NCBI GenBank assembly: GCA_951406725.2
Contig: OX597814.1
Span: forward strand, 95,728,001-95,792,000
Source of the DNA: Octopus vulgaris
Taxonomy: Eukaryota
Direction of reading: 5' to 3'
DNA length: 64,000 bases
Shown: piece by piece, positions 1-13,600 of the stretch
How positions within the stretch are numbered: position 1 is the first letter of the stretch
Layout: each line of letters opens with the position of its first letter
Position numbers and translations under genes: made by a program
Notes under the pieces: generated by a model
The model's input: the letters and a program-made list of their open reading frames with translations, nothing else
What the model was told of the DNA's origin: nothing
Database searches by the model: none

Positions 1-165
1 TCAGTACATTCTGTAAAGTGGTTGATGTTAGAAAGGACACCCAGCTGTAGAAACCATCCCAGAACAGACATGGAGTCTGGACAGTTCCCAGCTGGCCAGC
101 TCCTGTCAAACCATCCAGCCCGTGCCAACATGAAAAATAGATGATAAATGATAATGATGATGATG
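1..165 (+). mobile_element. RTE-type 3' terminal fragment (similar short copies near 12378-12548, 12950-13122, 23790-23985, 24990-25310, 30270-30470, 55435-55625)
   Basis: CTGTAAAGTGGTTG...CCAGCTGTAGAAACC...AAATGATGATGATG terminal signature shared with the longer copies. Confidence 0.7.
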
Positions 166-514
166 TTCCATGGCAGCCTGGGTTGGATAGGTTGACAGGA
201 ATCAATGGCTCCAAGGACTGCATTGTGTAGTTTCTACACCTGGATGTCCTTTACAGCATATACTGGATGCTTTTTTCATACCATCAGTACTAGTGAGGTC
301 ACATTCTTTATAACTTTGAATCTCTTTGCTTCTTCAGTGACCACAATATAGTTTTTACAGAACTAGATCTACTGGAAACAAGTGTTTTCCCCTTGTACAC
401 TCATCTTGCTTATTGTGGAAAATGTTAAAAGTGAAATTTTTATCCTTAATGTTAGTAAAACTTTCAGCCAATAACACTGTGTAATCAAATTTTAATTTTT
501 TTTGTCTTTGGTCA

Positions 515-1140
515 ATAAGTGTTATTTCCTATTTGCTTCTATCTAGAAATCAAAGGAAATGAATACTATTCCCTTCAAACTTTGCTTTTGTGACCTGGAC
601 ATCAATATTTTGAAACTGACCTGTTTTCCATTACATTTCAGACAGATTTAGTACTGAGTTGCTGAAGTAGAAATATTGTTACAGCAAATATTCTGCTCAG
701 TACCACAGGTTTGCTTGTCAGTTGCTTGACCCTAACCACTTGAGAATGCCCTTTAGTGGCTGACAATACGTGCATCTCTGATCATGAGTAGGAGTAGTTG
801 GAGAGCATCAGGCATGTGCTGAGAGGGATTCTTTAGATATTTCTACAGATTTTCTACAGAAATTATAGCCAGCACTGATTTTGTACTGGCTATAATTTCT
901 ATAGAAAATCTGTAGATAACCTAACCTTAACAAATGATATAATAATACTGCTAAAACAGTAGACCTTGGTATTGACATATAAAAATGCTTAATATATTTT
1001 GTAGTATATTATGGTTGCATAATGAAATACAGTGTCCCTACAGGTCATTAATAGGATTCTTTGGTGTTTGAATAAATATAACAAAAGCAAAGTTTGAAGG
1101 AAATATTAGCCATTTTTCATACTTTCTAGGAGATAACAGT
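515..1140. mobile_element. TIR-bearing MITE-like element containing a nested insertion (835-1053)
   Basis: Inverted repeat CCTTCAAACTTTGCTTTTGT (572-591) / ACAAAAGCAAAGTTTGAAGG (1081-1100); nested segment flanked by 9-bp direct repeats GGATTCTTT (826-834, 1054-1062). Confidence 0.6.
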
Positions 1141-1349
1141 TGCTACTCAAGGACAAAAATTGTGTTACACAGTGTAATCTTCCAGCAAAGCTACTTGCTC
1201 TTCATCTCTTTGATTTTAAGTTTACTGACAACCACTTTTCAAGTAATGTGTCAACATGTTTCAACTTTTCCTGTATCTCAGACTTCAGTTATTTTTCCTG
1301 CACTCTTTCCTTTTTACAGTAATGTAAGAAGTCTCATGTTCTAGGACTC

Positions 1350-1575
1350 AAAGGGCTGGTTACTTGGTTTCTATGGAGTATAAGAGACTGAGATCATATT
1401 TCTCCTGAATGGGATACCAGTCTGTCTCAGGGTAACTCATTTACAGCTGAGTGGACTGGAGAAGCATGAAATGAAGTGTTTTGCTATAGAACACAATGCA
1501 CCACCCAATCTGGTAATGGAAACCATAATATTGTGATTGCAACTTCCTAACCACTAAGTCATGCACCTTCACCTC
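1350..1575 (-). mobile_element. tRNA-derived SINE family C (copies at 2420-2630 +, 20590-20825 -, 23440-23775 +)
   Basis: Shared tRNA-like head and TGTGTTCTTGAGCAA.ACACTT.ATTTCAC.TTGCTCCAGTCCACTCAGCTG core. Confidence 0.7.
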
Positions 1576-2132
1576 CACAGTGATGACATGCTCATTATTA
1601 CATTTAACCACACAAAACTTTCATGTGGATAATATCATTCCTCATTACCCCTGTCCTTTTACTCACAACTTTAATGAACAGAGATCTCAAACTGTCCTGA
1701 AATTGCAATACAGTAATCCAGCAGTAAGACAGACATATCAAGAACAAAAATCTACAATACTACACATCCTCCCAATTCATGAAGAATACATTCATAAAAT
1801 CTTCACATTCTCTACAAATATTAGAGTTTATAGATTCTAATGACCTTTCAGTGTTTATGCATGTGTAATTGGAGTAATTTTGGGTAAAAGACTTAATCAC
1901 CTATCCTTTGGTTTAACACTATTACTGGCCTTTGGACAGATTTGGTAGAGTTCACTTTGTTCCAAGCATTCAGGTCATGTCTCCAGTCTGAGGATAACTT
2001 CCACCATTACAAAGGCTCTGATATGGATTATGAATGATGCACTTCTTCCTGCGACTTAACCATCAGAATAAGCATTTATAAAAAATTCTAATACTAGAAT
2101 TCTAAAGAAGTCTAATACCAGAATTCTAATAC

Positions 2133-2285
2133 TAGAGATGCAGCACGAAGTTTTGTCAGTGAACAGGTCGTGGTCTCAAAGTGACGAAAATATTTTGACA
2201 AATCAAATTTAAATGTTGAAGTGAATCTAACAGTTTTTGTGTGTTTCTTAAATGGCTTACAAACACCTTCCACGCTGCAATTGTC
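2133..2285 (+). repeat. Dispersed repeat, probably a DNA-transposon fragment; second copy at 41268-41468
   Basis: ~145 bp closely similar to 41268-41413; TAGAGATG / CATCTCTA terminal motifs. Confidence 0.65.
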
Positions 2286-3600
2286 TAATACTAGATGTTA
2301 TTGAAAAGAATCAAATTCTGCCTAGCTAAGTCACTGAGTGAATTCCAGTTCTATGTCGTTTGTCAGTTAGGTTCCTTCTAGCTATGAATAAAATGACTTT
2401 TAATACTGAGCAGTGGGGTAGGGTGCATGGCGTAGTAATTACAGTGTTGGACTCATGATCATAAGATAGTGATTTCAATTCCTGGACTGTGCAATGCATT
2501 GTGTTCTTGAGTAAAACACTTCTTTTCACATTGCTCCACTCCATCCAGCTGGTAAAAAAGAGGATCTCTTTGATGTCCCATCCAGAGAATGTACACACCA
2601 GAAAAACTGAGAAACTGGCTCTATGCTCCTTCAGAGTGAATTAACCATATATCATGATCACATATCCAAACCACTGCATAGATCCAGACAATGATTTTGC
2701 TACACAGCCACTTTGCACACAACCTTTCACAAAAGATAACTCAAATTTTACATATTCAAAGGAACACAATTTGTTCCATTTCAATCACTGCATTTATTGC
2801 TATATATCAGGTTTCTTATACATATATTACCTTACTTATAGCTTAAACAACATACTAGTACTACTACAACATTTGTCACAAATTGTACTTGGTTAAAACA
2901 AACCATATAAAGAGTTCTCAGTGTTCATTGAATTCTATTTTCATGAGATATGCCACATCTTTTGCTTACACATTAACCTCACTAATTACACAGTATTAAA
3001 TTCCAGCTTTATAACTTACAGATAACTAATAACCAAGGAGGGGTCTGTACACAGTTGCTCAATCTACTAAAAATAGTTGCCTTCCCTCCTTCAAATCCCA
3101 TTTTGAAACAGGAAGAACACACAAAATGTAATTTCTGAAACAGTGAATAATAGGATTGTCACAAATGGAATGCTTTTGATCATAGGTTTGCAGGATTAGG
3201 GTTGACCTCGGGCTAAGCAAGTGTTGGGGTGAGAGTAATGGAGATAGAGGGAAGAGAAAGTCAAAGATTAGTGTGAAGGAGAAGGAGATAAATTGGTAAA
3301 GGGTGAGTTATATAGGTGGTCCATCTGCCCAGCCAACATCAGTCGGACAGTTTGTCATTGTACAATAGTATATTAAAAATAATGGTTGTGCTAAATAGCA
3401 TATTGCTTTTAACATATGACACTTTAAAAAATTCTGTAATAGTCTTCCAATTTATTATTACTCATCATCTTTTAACATCTGTTTTCTATGCTGGCAAGGT
3501 GCACCATGTTCCAGTCTGATTTGACTTGGTTTCTACATTTGGATGCCCTTCCTAATACCAACCACTTTACAGAGTGTGCTGGGTATTTTTAAACTGTTTA

Positions 3601-3955
3601 TAGGCATGGCTGTGTAGTAAGAAGTTTACTTTCCAACCACATGGTCCCAGGTTCAGTCCCACTGCATAGTACCTTGGGCAAGTGCCTTCTACTACAGTCT
3701 TGTAAGTGGATTTGGTAGATGGAAACTGAAAGAAGTCTATAATATATATATATATGTATGTGTGTCATCTTTGTGCCTGTGTTTGTCCCCCACCACTGCT
3801 TGACAACCAGCATTGGTGTGTTTACATCCTCACAACTTAGCAGTTCAGCAAAAGAGGAAAATAGAATTAGTATTAAAAACAAAAAGTCCCAGTATCAATT
3901 TGTATGACTAAAACTCTTCAAGGTGGATCCTCAGCATGACCGAAACAAACGATAA
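3601..3955 (+). mobile_element. SINE family A
   Basis: Same head, core and tail; more diverged. Confidence 0.85.
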
Positions 3956-4159
3956 AAAATATTATGATATGTCATGTATCAGAAATCTACACTTAAGTCT
4001 CACTTCCTCTGACATCCAGGTCTCAGATCAGTTATAGTGCATGCGAGTTTCTTTTAACCCTTTAGCATTCAGATTACTCTGTCAAATGTAAAGCGTATTT
4101 ATTCACATTGTTCTAAATTAATCATGCATTATCTCATGGCTTGAAGATCCTGATGCTGA

Positions 4160-4485
4160 TGATCATCATCATCGTTTAGCGTCCGCTTTCCATACTGGCA
4201 TGGGTTGGACGGTGCAACTACTGTCTGGGAAGCCTGCACCAGGCGCAGTCTGATCTGGCAATGTTTCTACGGCTGGATGTCCTTCCTAACACCAACCACT
4301 CCATGAGTGTAGTGGGTGCTTTTTACGTGCCACCGGCACGGGTGCCAGACGAGGCTGGCAAACGGCCACGGTCGGATGGTGCTTTTTACATGCCACCGGC
4401 ACGGAAGCCAGTCGGGGCGTCGCTGGCAGGGCCACGTTTGGATGGTTCTCTTATGTGCCACTGGCAGTGGTATCACAGCTACATG
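4160..4485 (-). mobile_element. RTE 3' UTR fragment nested in a piggyBac-type MITE
   Basis: Terminal (CAT)n and three repeat units; MITE sequence resumes on both sides (4058-4160 and 4485-4592). Confidence 0.8.
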
Positions 4486-4799
4486 ATTGTTAATTCTTAG
4501 AATGACATTAGAGTGAGGAGCTGGATTTGGCCAGTTCAAACATAAAACAGGTAGAATATTTGGACTGGATATGGCCACTTTAAATGCTAGAGCATTGTTT
4601 TTGGTTTTTTTTACTAAATCATTATCTAATACGTAATGAAAACTTGTTCACTTTTCGAAAAACAAATGAACATGAATGGGGATTCTAATCTCATCTGTTT
4701 TTTTTTTCCATTTTAGTAGCTATTTCTGCTTGCCAGATTGTGTCAGTTACCCCATTTTGATATCGTGTTAACCAGACTATTGTCACTAACAACTGTTGA

Positions 4800-5330
4800 T
4801 CATGGTGCACTTCCAGTTCTTTTTTGATTGGGCTCTTCTTTTCCATCTTGGCCCTAATTCTTTTACTAAATCATCTTCTCACTGTTGTGAAAGCCTTCCA
4901 AGTGGCCTTTTTTGATCTCTTGGATACCACCCAGCAACTGTACAGTTTTATCTGTTTGTCTGTGAACCTTGTGACATGTCCAGCCCAAAAGAACTTGTAC
5001 TTCTGATATTTTGTGATTATGTTGTTCACTCTGATGTTCTCGAATCACCTTATTTTGGGTTTGTTCTTACAATGACATTCCAAGCATAGAACTTTCCATG
5101 GCCCTTTGTATTGTAGTCAATGTCTTTCCCATTTCATATGTTCCAATTCTCACTTGCATATAAGAACACACTTAGGATGGTGCCATTTAAGAGACTAGTA
5201 CATAAGGTTTTCTCCAGTTTTGGTTTGAGCACATCTTTTATTGAGGTAAAGATCTACTGTCCTGCCTTTATTCTTGAGATTTCAGCATCCATATGTATTT
5301 ATTATGTGCCCCAAAGAGGCATACTCCTTT
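4800..5330 (-). mobile_element. Degenerate RTE-type LINE C-terminal fragment (different family)
   Basis: Minus-strand fragments AMESSMLGMSL, NKVIR and KFFWAGHVTRFTD match the RTE thumb/C-terminal pattern; many stops and frameshifts. Confidence 0.6.
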
Positions 5331-5969
5331 ATCACCGCGGAAAAGAAAAAAACCCAACTTCAATTGAAATGACAACAATGTCCTTTAGGATGTTTAAGTG
5401 GTTAGAACATCAGACCTTGGTGATAAAATAAAGGTTCCATGTTGAATTCTTAATCTAACATGAGAATATTACCTGAAGATACTATGAGATTATACTGATT
5501 GAAACATGTCAGCATAAACATAAAAAGGCAACTCATCTCAGAAAAATATAGGGATCATAATCTTACATTTTGTTAATAATCTTTCTTTCATCCTTTCAAG
5601 TTAAAGGGAAATTGAAAAATAAAACTCCTGTTTAACTCTAAAATTTGTTTTGGAACAGTATTTTTAATTCTGCAAATTATACTGGTTCCAACATAGACAG
5701 TGTTTATTTGCTAATAATTTATATTACACATTTATAGCACAAATCAGGTTTACAAATTTGTTTTGAGCATAGTTGTTATATTTTTTTTGTCAAATTTCAA
5801 TGCTTGAACTATGGGAAAGACAATCCATACATACCTAGATCTTGTCTTATTTGAATACTGTTGTCCCTGTTTTAGGTATGGTCTAATAATGTCAACTACT
5901 ATCTGATTTGACTGACTTCCTGCCGGTCTGGAAGGGATAGTAAAGTATAGGGAGCACTGACCTTCTTAA

Positions 5970-6186
5970 CCATTTGATACCAACCTGCCTCAGACTGCCC
6001 CTAGTTCTACAATACAAACTTTCTGTTCTAAAGTCATCTAAATTAAAACCTGTCATCAAAATTTCTTGTTAATTTATGTTCCAGACACCAACTTAACAAT
6101 AACAAAGTTATTTTACTAAATTCTTTGTTATTTTCAAAAATAATTGAAACAAAAACAGAGTATTTCGAAATATGGTAACAAAGGGA
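5970..6186 (+). mobile_element. piggyBac-type MITE family 2 (other copies 10701-10913, 15541-15758, 25340-25713)
   Basis: TTAA|CCATTTGATACCA ... TGGTAACAAAGGGA|TTAA; four mutually similar ~215-bp copies. Confidence 0.8.
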
Positions 6187-6714
6187 TTAAACTTGAGAGC
6201 AAAGGTAAAAATGAATGTACATTACATTTGTAGAAAAGAAAAACACTGATAAACCTCTGCTTAAACACATTTCTCTATCATTCCTCCCTAAAACTATAGC
6301 ATTTTGCAATTTCCTCCCCACCCAACATAAGTCCCAACTGAACATCAATCTCACCTACCAAGATGGGCTTATAAAGGCCATGGACACTTTTGTTAGATTT
6401 AATTCATTGTTGTTCAATTTGTCCTGCACCAAAGTATATCCATGTTCTCAGTAATCATTGAAGGACTTTTATATTTATTAGCTCCCAGTTTTCATTGTCA
6501 TGCATACATAATCTGATTTTTGTTTTCCATATAAAAACAAAATATTATTTAAGTAGATAAAGCTTATCCACAAGTTTCGAGAAACCTCATATCCTAAGGA
6601 TAATATCAGCGACACAAACTTTTATGTAAATTATATCCTCTACTTTATATGTATATGACCTGGAAAAGAATGTAATTTTAAATGCGACGAACTAATTTTT
6701 ACATAACTTTTGGA

Positions 6715-6757
6715 AAAAGAAACAGAACACAATTTTTTTACTTTTATTATATTTATT
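6715..6757 (-). terminator. Putative polyadenylation signal
   Basis: Minus-strand AATAAA at 6757-6752 and 6748-6743, followed by GTGTTCTGTTTCTTTTT (GU/U-rich downstream element). Confidence 0.5.
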
Positions 6758-9700
6758 GATATTTTTGCTGTTATTTTGTTTCTTATTTACTGTCACTTCC
6801 AGATTTTTACAAGAATACAGTGTACAAAACTGAAGATACAGACAGACAGTGAAAAATGTTAATTAAATAGTGTTTGTGAGGTGTCTCTAATTAAGCAATA
6901 AATAAAAATAACTTACAAATAAAAATTGTGATAATAAAAAGTCACAAAAAGAAACAAAAGACAAAAAAGACAAAAAAAAAACCAATCAAAATAAATCATT
7001 CCTATCTCCCCCCAGGGTAATGCATAGCCTCACATCTGTCAATTAGTTGCCAAAACTGACAACTTTAAAATTAACCGCTTGTCTAGCAAGGGTGCTGAAG
7101 ATTCAAACATCTACATTTTCTTAATAATAATCATAAAGAACAAGAGATAATAATATAAAGTATATAAAAGAATTTTTTTATAAATAAAATAAACAGGTTC
7201 TTGTTTCAGTGGATATGACAGGAGAAATAAGAATAATAACAACAAGTAATTATTGTCTTAGTAGGGAAAGTAGGTGCAGCTACATTTCTTTTAATTTGAA
7301 GTGACATCATGGGATCAAGAGAACTTTTGGAGCTGTCCCGTATATAAATTGCCAATCAACCTTTATCTTTGAGCACTCGCTAAAAAATTGAGGTTAGTGC
7401 AAACAGATCATTTGTGAATATGGAGGTAAAACAGCAAATGAAAACATGGCAAAATAAATACGCCAGCTATATTTAAAAGCCTAATATGAGAAGACTTATA
7501 GTGAAGGGAGACTACACAAGCTTCATTAGTTGGAAAATTTATGAAGAGAAATGAAAATTACATTGGTCTATGTATTAATGTCATCTAAACTAAAGAATTA
7601 GAAATATAGAATGTAATTAAACAATTCTTAATTGAAATGGAAAATAAAATTAAAACAAGGAAGACTTAAGAGTTTTGTCCGACATTTTTGAATCATTTTG
7701 TTTTTCTAAACACTTTAGAAACAAATATAATAGTAATTTGCAATAAAAGTAATATTAAAATAATAATAGTAGTAGTAGTAGTAATAGTAGAGGAAAATAA
7801 ATTTAGAAAGGAAAAGAACCATGCTTATTATCTGTATAGAGGAAAAAAAGAGTAAGTCATAAGCCAATGACAAAAATGGTGCTAAGAGAAAGGAAAACTA
7901 ATTCTTATGAAAAGCAACTGCATAGTGATTTATACTAGAGTTGATAGTTTCTAAAAGTCATGACACCAGACAAATGCACAGTGTATGTAAATGTCTGAAC
8001 TGCACATGTATATGAAGTGTTGAATTAAGAAAATGAAGGGAAAAAAACCCAGCTTGGTTGACTGAAAACAAAAACTGCATTGGCCATATTCTTGTTACAA
8101 AATAATCTAGTATGATGTTGTAAAACTAAAGAGACAGAAAACAGCAAAACAAAGGAAAATATAAAAGTGAAAGAATTCAAAGTCACAAATGAACGAAAGG
8201 TATTATTTTTTTCATTAAATGACGGCAACTAATCTGACAAGGTTTAATAAATTTTTCTGCCTTTTCATTAACTACTTTGGTATTTGCTTTAACGAATCAA
8301 ATTATTGATATGCCAAAAGTAAAAACAATTGGCAAAGTTGCAGCTGGGCTAATAAAAATCCATGATGGTCTGTTAGCAAGAGTGTAAGAGTTTAAATAAG
8401 TAATAAGAGACGTTATATATGTGTTTGTGTGTGGTGTGTATACATGTATGTATATATATATATATATACATACATACACACACACACACAGAGATGCACA
8501 TGTATGTGCATATCATATATATATATATATACGTAAAATGCAGACACACATCTATACATGAGTATGTATGTGCATGCATATTTATACACAGATAATTATG
8601 AATATGTATACAAGCATTTGTATATATGTGTGCATATAGATATGCATATGTATACACAGACATATAAATATCAATTTATCTATATATATATATATAAAAA
8701 AAAAGGAATTTTTAATTCATGACAAAACTGAACACAGATGACAATTTATTTTCCAGCCTTCTGATAGCATTAAATTATTATTCAAATGACCAAAAGGATG
8801 AAAATGGTATTTTCTCAAGAGAAATAGAGTAGAGGAAAGTTTATAAGTATACATGCTATTGGAGAAAAACAAATCATCATGCAAAACTAAATATATAAAA
8901 AAAAAATTATTACAAAACTGTGAATGAATATTAAAATACATCACAGGAAATTTAACTGCATTACACTGTTATGGCCTAACACCTTTTAGATAAAAGCAAT
9001 TTTGAGAAGTGTCAGTTCGTAACAGAAAATGAAAGGAATTATAATAATTGCTCAGAGAATAAATTATTACCAGACAGTTTGATTAAACTTTCATGATTAA
9101 GACCATTCCCCACATTATAAACACTTTGAGGAAAAGTATAGATGGAATAAATCAGACTGTAAAATACACTATCAGGGCTTATACTTCTTAAATGAATGGA
9201 AACACAGAACATATGTGTGTGTGTGTGTGTGTGTGTTTATATGAAGATGAAAATAACCCCTTAGGCAAATGTTAGATCACATTCAAACTAACAGCTTCAT
9301 AGTGAGAAATAGCAATTAGGATTAACTTACTAGATGATACAGTAATAGGGATATTAAATTTGAAAAAAAAAAAAAGAAGTACAAAGCAACAGATATGCAT
9401 ATTTATAAGTATATTAATATTACAATAGCAAAAAATCACAATAACTCCATGTATAGCATGAACTTTACATGCCCTCAGTGAAGAATTTGAAATATTAACG
9501 TAATGTGAAAAACTTAAACCCATATATATGATGAAGAAAGAAATAAGTATTGAGAGAACCAGTAAATAATTGAAGACGTTTAATTCAATACTTTGGTTCA
9601 AGGGGAAATTTTTTTTTAAACATTAGCATTAATAATTAATTAAATGTTTACTCTCTGCTTAGCAAGTTCGAAAATACAGAGATTTATGATGTTAATTTTT

Positions 9701-10520
9701 TTTTTCCAAAATTAATACAGCAGAGGGCAAAATGTGCAACACTTGAAGCAAGTTAAGGAAATCTTGGAAATGACACTAACAATGACAACAGTTGTTAAAA
9801 GCCAATAATATCATAAACAAAAAGAAAAGAAAAAAAAATAAAGAAAAAAAGCAAAGACAATGACAGTGAGACGATTTTTCAAAAACATGAAGCTAAAACT
9901 TTCCATTTTTGTAGGTGGGTAGGTTACTTTGTATTTGAATAAATTGCAAAAAAGCAAATAACTAATGTTGTAGTATAACATTTTTTGGTTTGTAGAATCT
10001 GTAATATTTTCTTTAAAAGCTTAAGCAATATTTTGTTTGCTGCTTTAGAGAATCCTCTCTAACACAACGAATAAAACAATAGGGCTTTTTATGTTTTTTC
10101 ATAGTCTATTCAATCATTTTAAATCATGAATAAGGCTGCTAGAAAAAGACAATTTTAAAGGTGCTTTAAATATGACACTTACACATGACAAGATACAATA
10201 CCAGTGGACAGGTAATATCCAGAACACAAGAATACTCTTATAGCAGCAAAATACGACAATGAAGTTCCAAAATAAAATAGAAAGACACCAAATTTTGAAT
10301 TGGAACCTGTCAGACTAGTTGCCCATGATGTAAATTGATAAAAAGTTTGTGTAAAAACTTAACATGCTCATGCATAGTATACAACCATCCATATCCAGCA
10401 GTCCATTCATTCACCTATAACACATAACATTGAGTAGATAAATTAGGAAACATAAGTTAGATGGAGCCGCTATGATACCAATTTACAGCGTGAGGCTATG
10501 TAACTCCCTGGGTAATATGG
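6730..10520 (-). other. Putative long (~3.8 kb) 3' UTR of the TRBP-like gene
   Basis: U-rich on the minus strand, no recognisable SINE/LINE/MITE (unlike the flanks), ending at a double AATAAA followed by a GU-rich element. Confidence 0.55.
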
Positions 10521-10657
10521 TTATGTCTTATTAACAGCCTTCAAATACTGCAGCGCATTATGAGCAGCCTTACCATGCCCTTCTTCCACAGTTGGTCCCG
10601 TCCCGTGGCACACAGCAACAGGGACGACTGTCATTTGGACAAAACATTGGAAGAAAC
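10521..10657 (-). CDS. TARBP2: Last coding exon: dsRBD3 C-part (FQCFVQMTVVPVAVCHGTG...AAHNALQYLKAVNKT*)
   Basis: Acceptor TTTCTTGTTTCAG|GT; TAA at 10523-10521; matches the Dicer-binding C-terminal dsRBD of TRBP/PACT/Loqs. Confidence 0.95.
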
Positions 10658-13600
10658 CTGAAACAAGAAAACAAACAGCTCTGAAGTTTTTACAATTTAA
10701 CCTTTTCGATACAACCCCGCATTCTATGAAACAAACTCCCTGTCTTAAAGTGACCTTGATAAAAATCTTGCATCAAAATTTCATGTTAATTTATGTTTCA
10801 AACACCAGCTTAATAATAATTCAAGTTATTTTCATAAATTCCTGATAATTTTCAAAATTAATAGATAGCTACAAAGACAGTGTAATATCTACAATAATAT
10901 GGTAACAAAAAGATTAAACATAACATATATCTGTAACCCTTTAGCATTCAATTATCTTTATCAAATGTAAAGACTGTTTATTCACATTGCTTGAATTAAC
11001 TATTCATTCATTTCATTTCAATGATGCAATTGTTTATTTTTAGAATGACATTGTAGGGTATGTGTGAGAGGCTAGATCTGGCTGGTTTGAACATAAAACA
11101 GATAGGATATTTTGGCTGGATATGGCCAGTTTAAATGCTAAAGGGTTAATATAATACAATAAGTTTACATATGTGTTATATAGCTGTATTAAAATTGCAT
11201 ACCAAAAGACACTTATATTAACAGAAATAGGTCTCTAATGTTTAAAAGTATTTACCTAGCTTCTAACTGAAAATATAACTTCAATGAAAAAAGGGAATTT
11301 GAGATAAAAAGAACATACCTTCAGTGGTTCTCTCTGAAAGGTCGTGATAAGTCAACATGAAACGTTGTACTTCAGCAATTTCTTGTAACATCTGGCAATA
11401 GTTCATTTTCACATCCATGCAAGAATTGTTCTTCTTAGCACTAGAATTAACTACTTTGTCATAAAATTGTTGAATTTCTTTGTCTATTTGTTTAGGTTTA
11501 GAGTAAGAATGACTAACACGCTCCTTTAGGTGTGAATAAAATGAAAGCCTTGGTTCTGAACTCTGTTAAAAGATAGCATTAAAAAATTTTCTTAAATTAA
11601 GAAGATCTAGAGGAAAATTCAAAGCATGTAAAAATTCCTTTAAAATGTAGTTGTTTTTGTTTCTAAAAGTTATAGCAAGTCTAGTTGATAGGATAGCAAC
11701 ATATCAGTTGAAGAAATCATTGTTTTCTACTTATCACAATAATATTTGCTTGGTAATTTAAAACTTTCTATGCCCACCCTGGCCATCTTGCTGTGATTAG
11801 ATATACATGTGAGATGGGTTTTACCTACTGACCTATCCTGGATGCTCAACATCATCATCATTTAGCATCCACTTTTCCATGCTTGCATGGGTCAGACAGT
11901 TTATTTGAGGCAGTTTCCAAGTAATATAATATTTCCCCAAAGCCAGAAATGTTCTTTCAAGATATTAGAAATGAATGACATTGCTTGTATGAAAATGATA
12001 CTGAGTCACAACTTTCACACCATGTCAAGATAAGGACGGACAGACGGAGGACACACACACACACAAAATGGGCTTCTTTCATTTTCTGTCTAATAAATCC
12101 ACTTACTAGGTATAGTCGAAGGCATTTGACACAAGAAAGCAAAATCTTCAAGAAGTATCCTTATGCCTTAGTGGTTTGTATGAATCAAATTATCAAGGTA
12201 ACATGAAAATACAAAGCTATTTGTATCTGCAGTAAGCATTTTACATTTGGATCTTTTTCCTTCTGCTACCCAGTTTGGAATGGTAAGGAAGCAGCCATGA
12301 CTAAATGTATATGCTTACATGTGAATATTCTGTAAAAATGTCAGAAAACATTTAAACAGAGACAAGACAACATATTGTGGCCAGTGCCGGTGACATTTAA
12401 AAGCACCCACTACACTCTGTGGAGTGGTTGACGTTAGGAAAGGAAACCAACCCAAAACAGACTGGATTCCAGTTCAGTTCTTCGGTTTACCAACTCAGTC
12501 AAACCATCTTACTCATACTAGCATGGAAAACATACTAAATGATGATGAAAAAATCAGAGACGACCCTTTGCAACATTTAAATAGCCTAACAGAAAAATAG
12601 TTTTAATAATTATTTTCTTGTCAGTATCATACACAGACATGAATGTGAGAATTGATAGATGGGGAGACAAAATGTCTTGCATTATTTATGACATCTTATG
12701 TTCTTAATTTGAATCCCACTGAGGTGCACATTTCATCCTTCTGGAATCAATAAAATGGCACCTGTCAAGTACTGAGATAATATACGGCAGTTTGACAAAA
12801 TGACAGCATCAAGAGTTAGGAATAGAATAAAAATGCCATTCCAATTATGAAAATGAATTTTCATCCTCATTTAGTAGAGGGAGATTTTTTCCTTTTCCTC
12901 ACTGTTCTGTGCCAGTGACAGGAAAAAAAGGCAAAGAAAAAAGAAAAAGAAAAACCCAAGTACACTCTGTAAAGTGGTTGGTATTAGGAAGAGCATCCAG
13001 TTGTAGAAAACATACCAAAGATGACACTGAAGTCCAACACAGCATTATGGTTTGCCCAATCCTGTCAAACTGCCCTTCCCATGTCAGCATGGAAAGTAAA
13101 CATTAAATGATGATGATGATGATTAAAATATACAGTGGAATCACGTACAGGAGCAGCATTAAGCATACCATCCATATTAGTGATGGAAACAGTGAAAGAG
13201 TGGTTATCAGGGATTGTTCTGATGAAAATGGTTAAATTCTTATGATACCTAATTCATATTGGATACAGTGCCAAGTGGGAGATATAGAGAAATTCCATTT
13301 TACCCAAAAATTATTTCTGCTGTGCATATTAAGAGTTTGGTAAAAGGTTGACATGTTGAAATTCAGCAGAGATGGAAATCAATTAAGAAACTGATGCTAC
13401 AATTATTTTACTGTGCATATATGCTTTGTTTTTGACTGGATCAAAAGAAAGAGGTATGTTAGAATATTGTTAACGGCTCATGTATCAAGGTGTTTATAAT
13501 TGTCAAACACTTTAATAGTTAGTCATCACTATCTCCATTATCACTCATTCCCTGAACCATCAAATTTACCATTTTATCACTCCCTCTTCCTCTTTTATGT

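Noticed and set aside
5473-5512. CTGAAGA...GAAACATGTC hammerhead-like motif (similar weak cases near 18840-18870 and 41240-41260)
   Set aside because: Stems I and II are unsupported; too degraded to call.
6775-6905. Plus-strand terminal exon of a convergent gene (pyrimidine tract-CAG at 6802, AATAAA near 6897)
   Set aside because: No meaningful ORF and no upstream plus-strand exons found; such motifs are common in AT-rich DNA.
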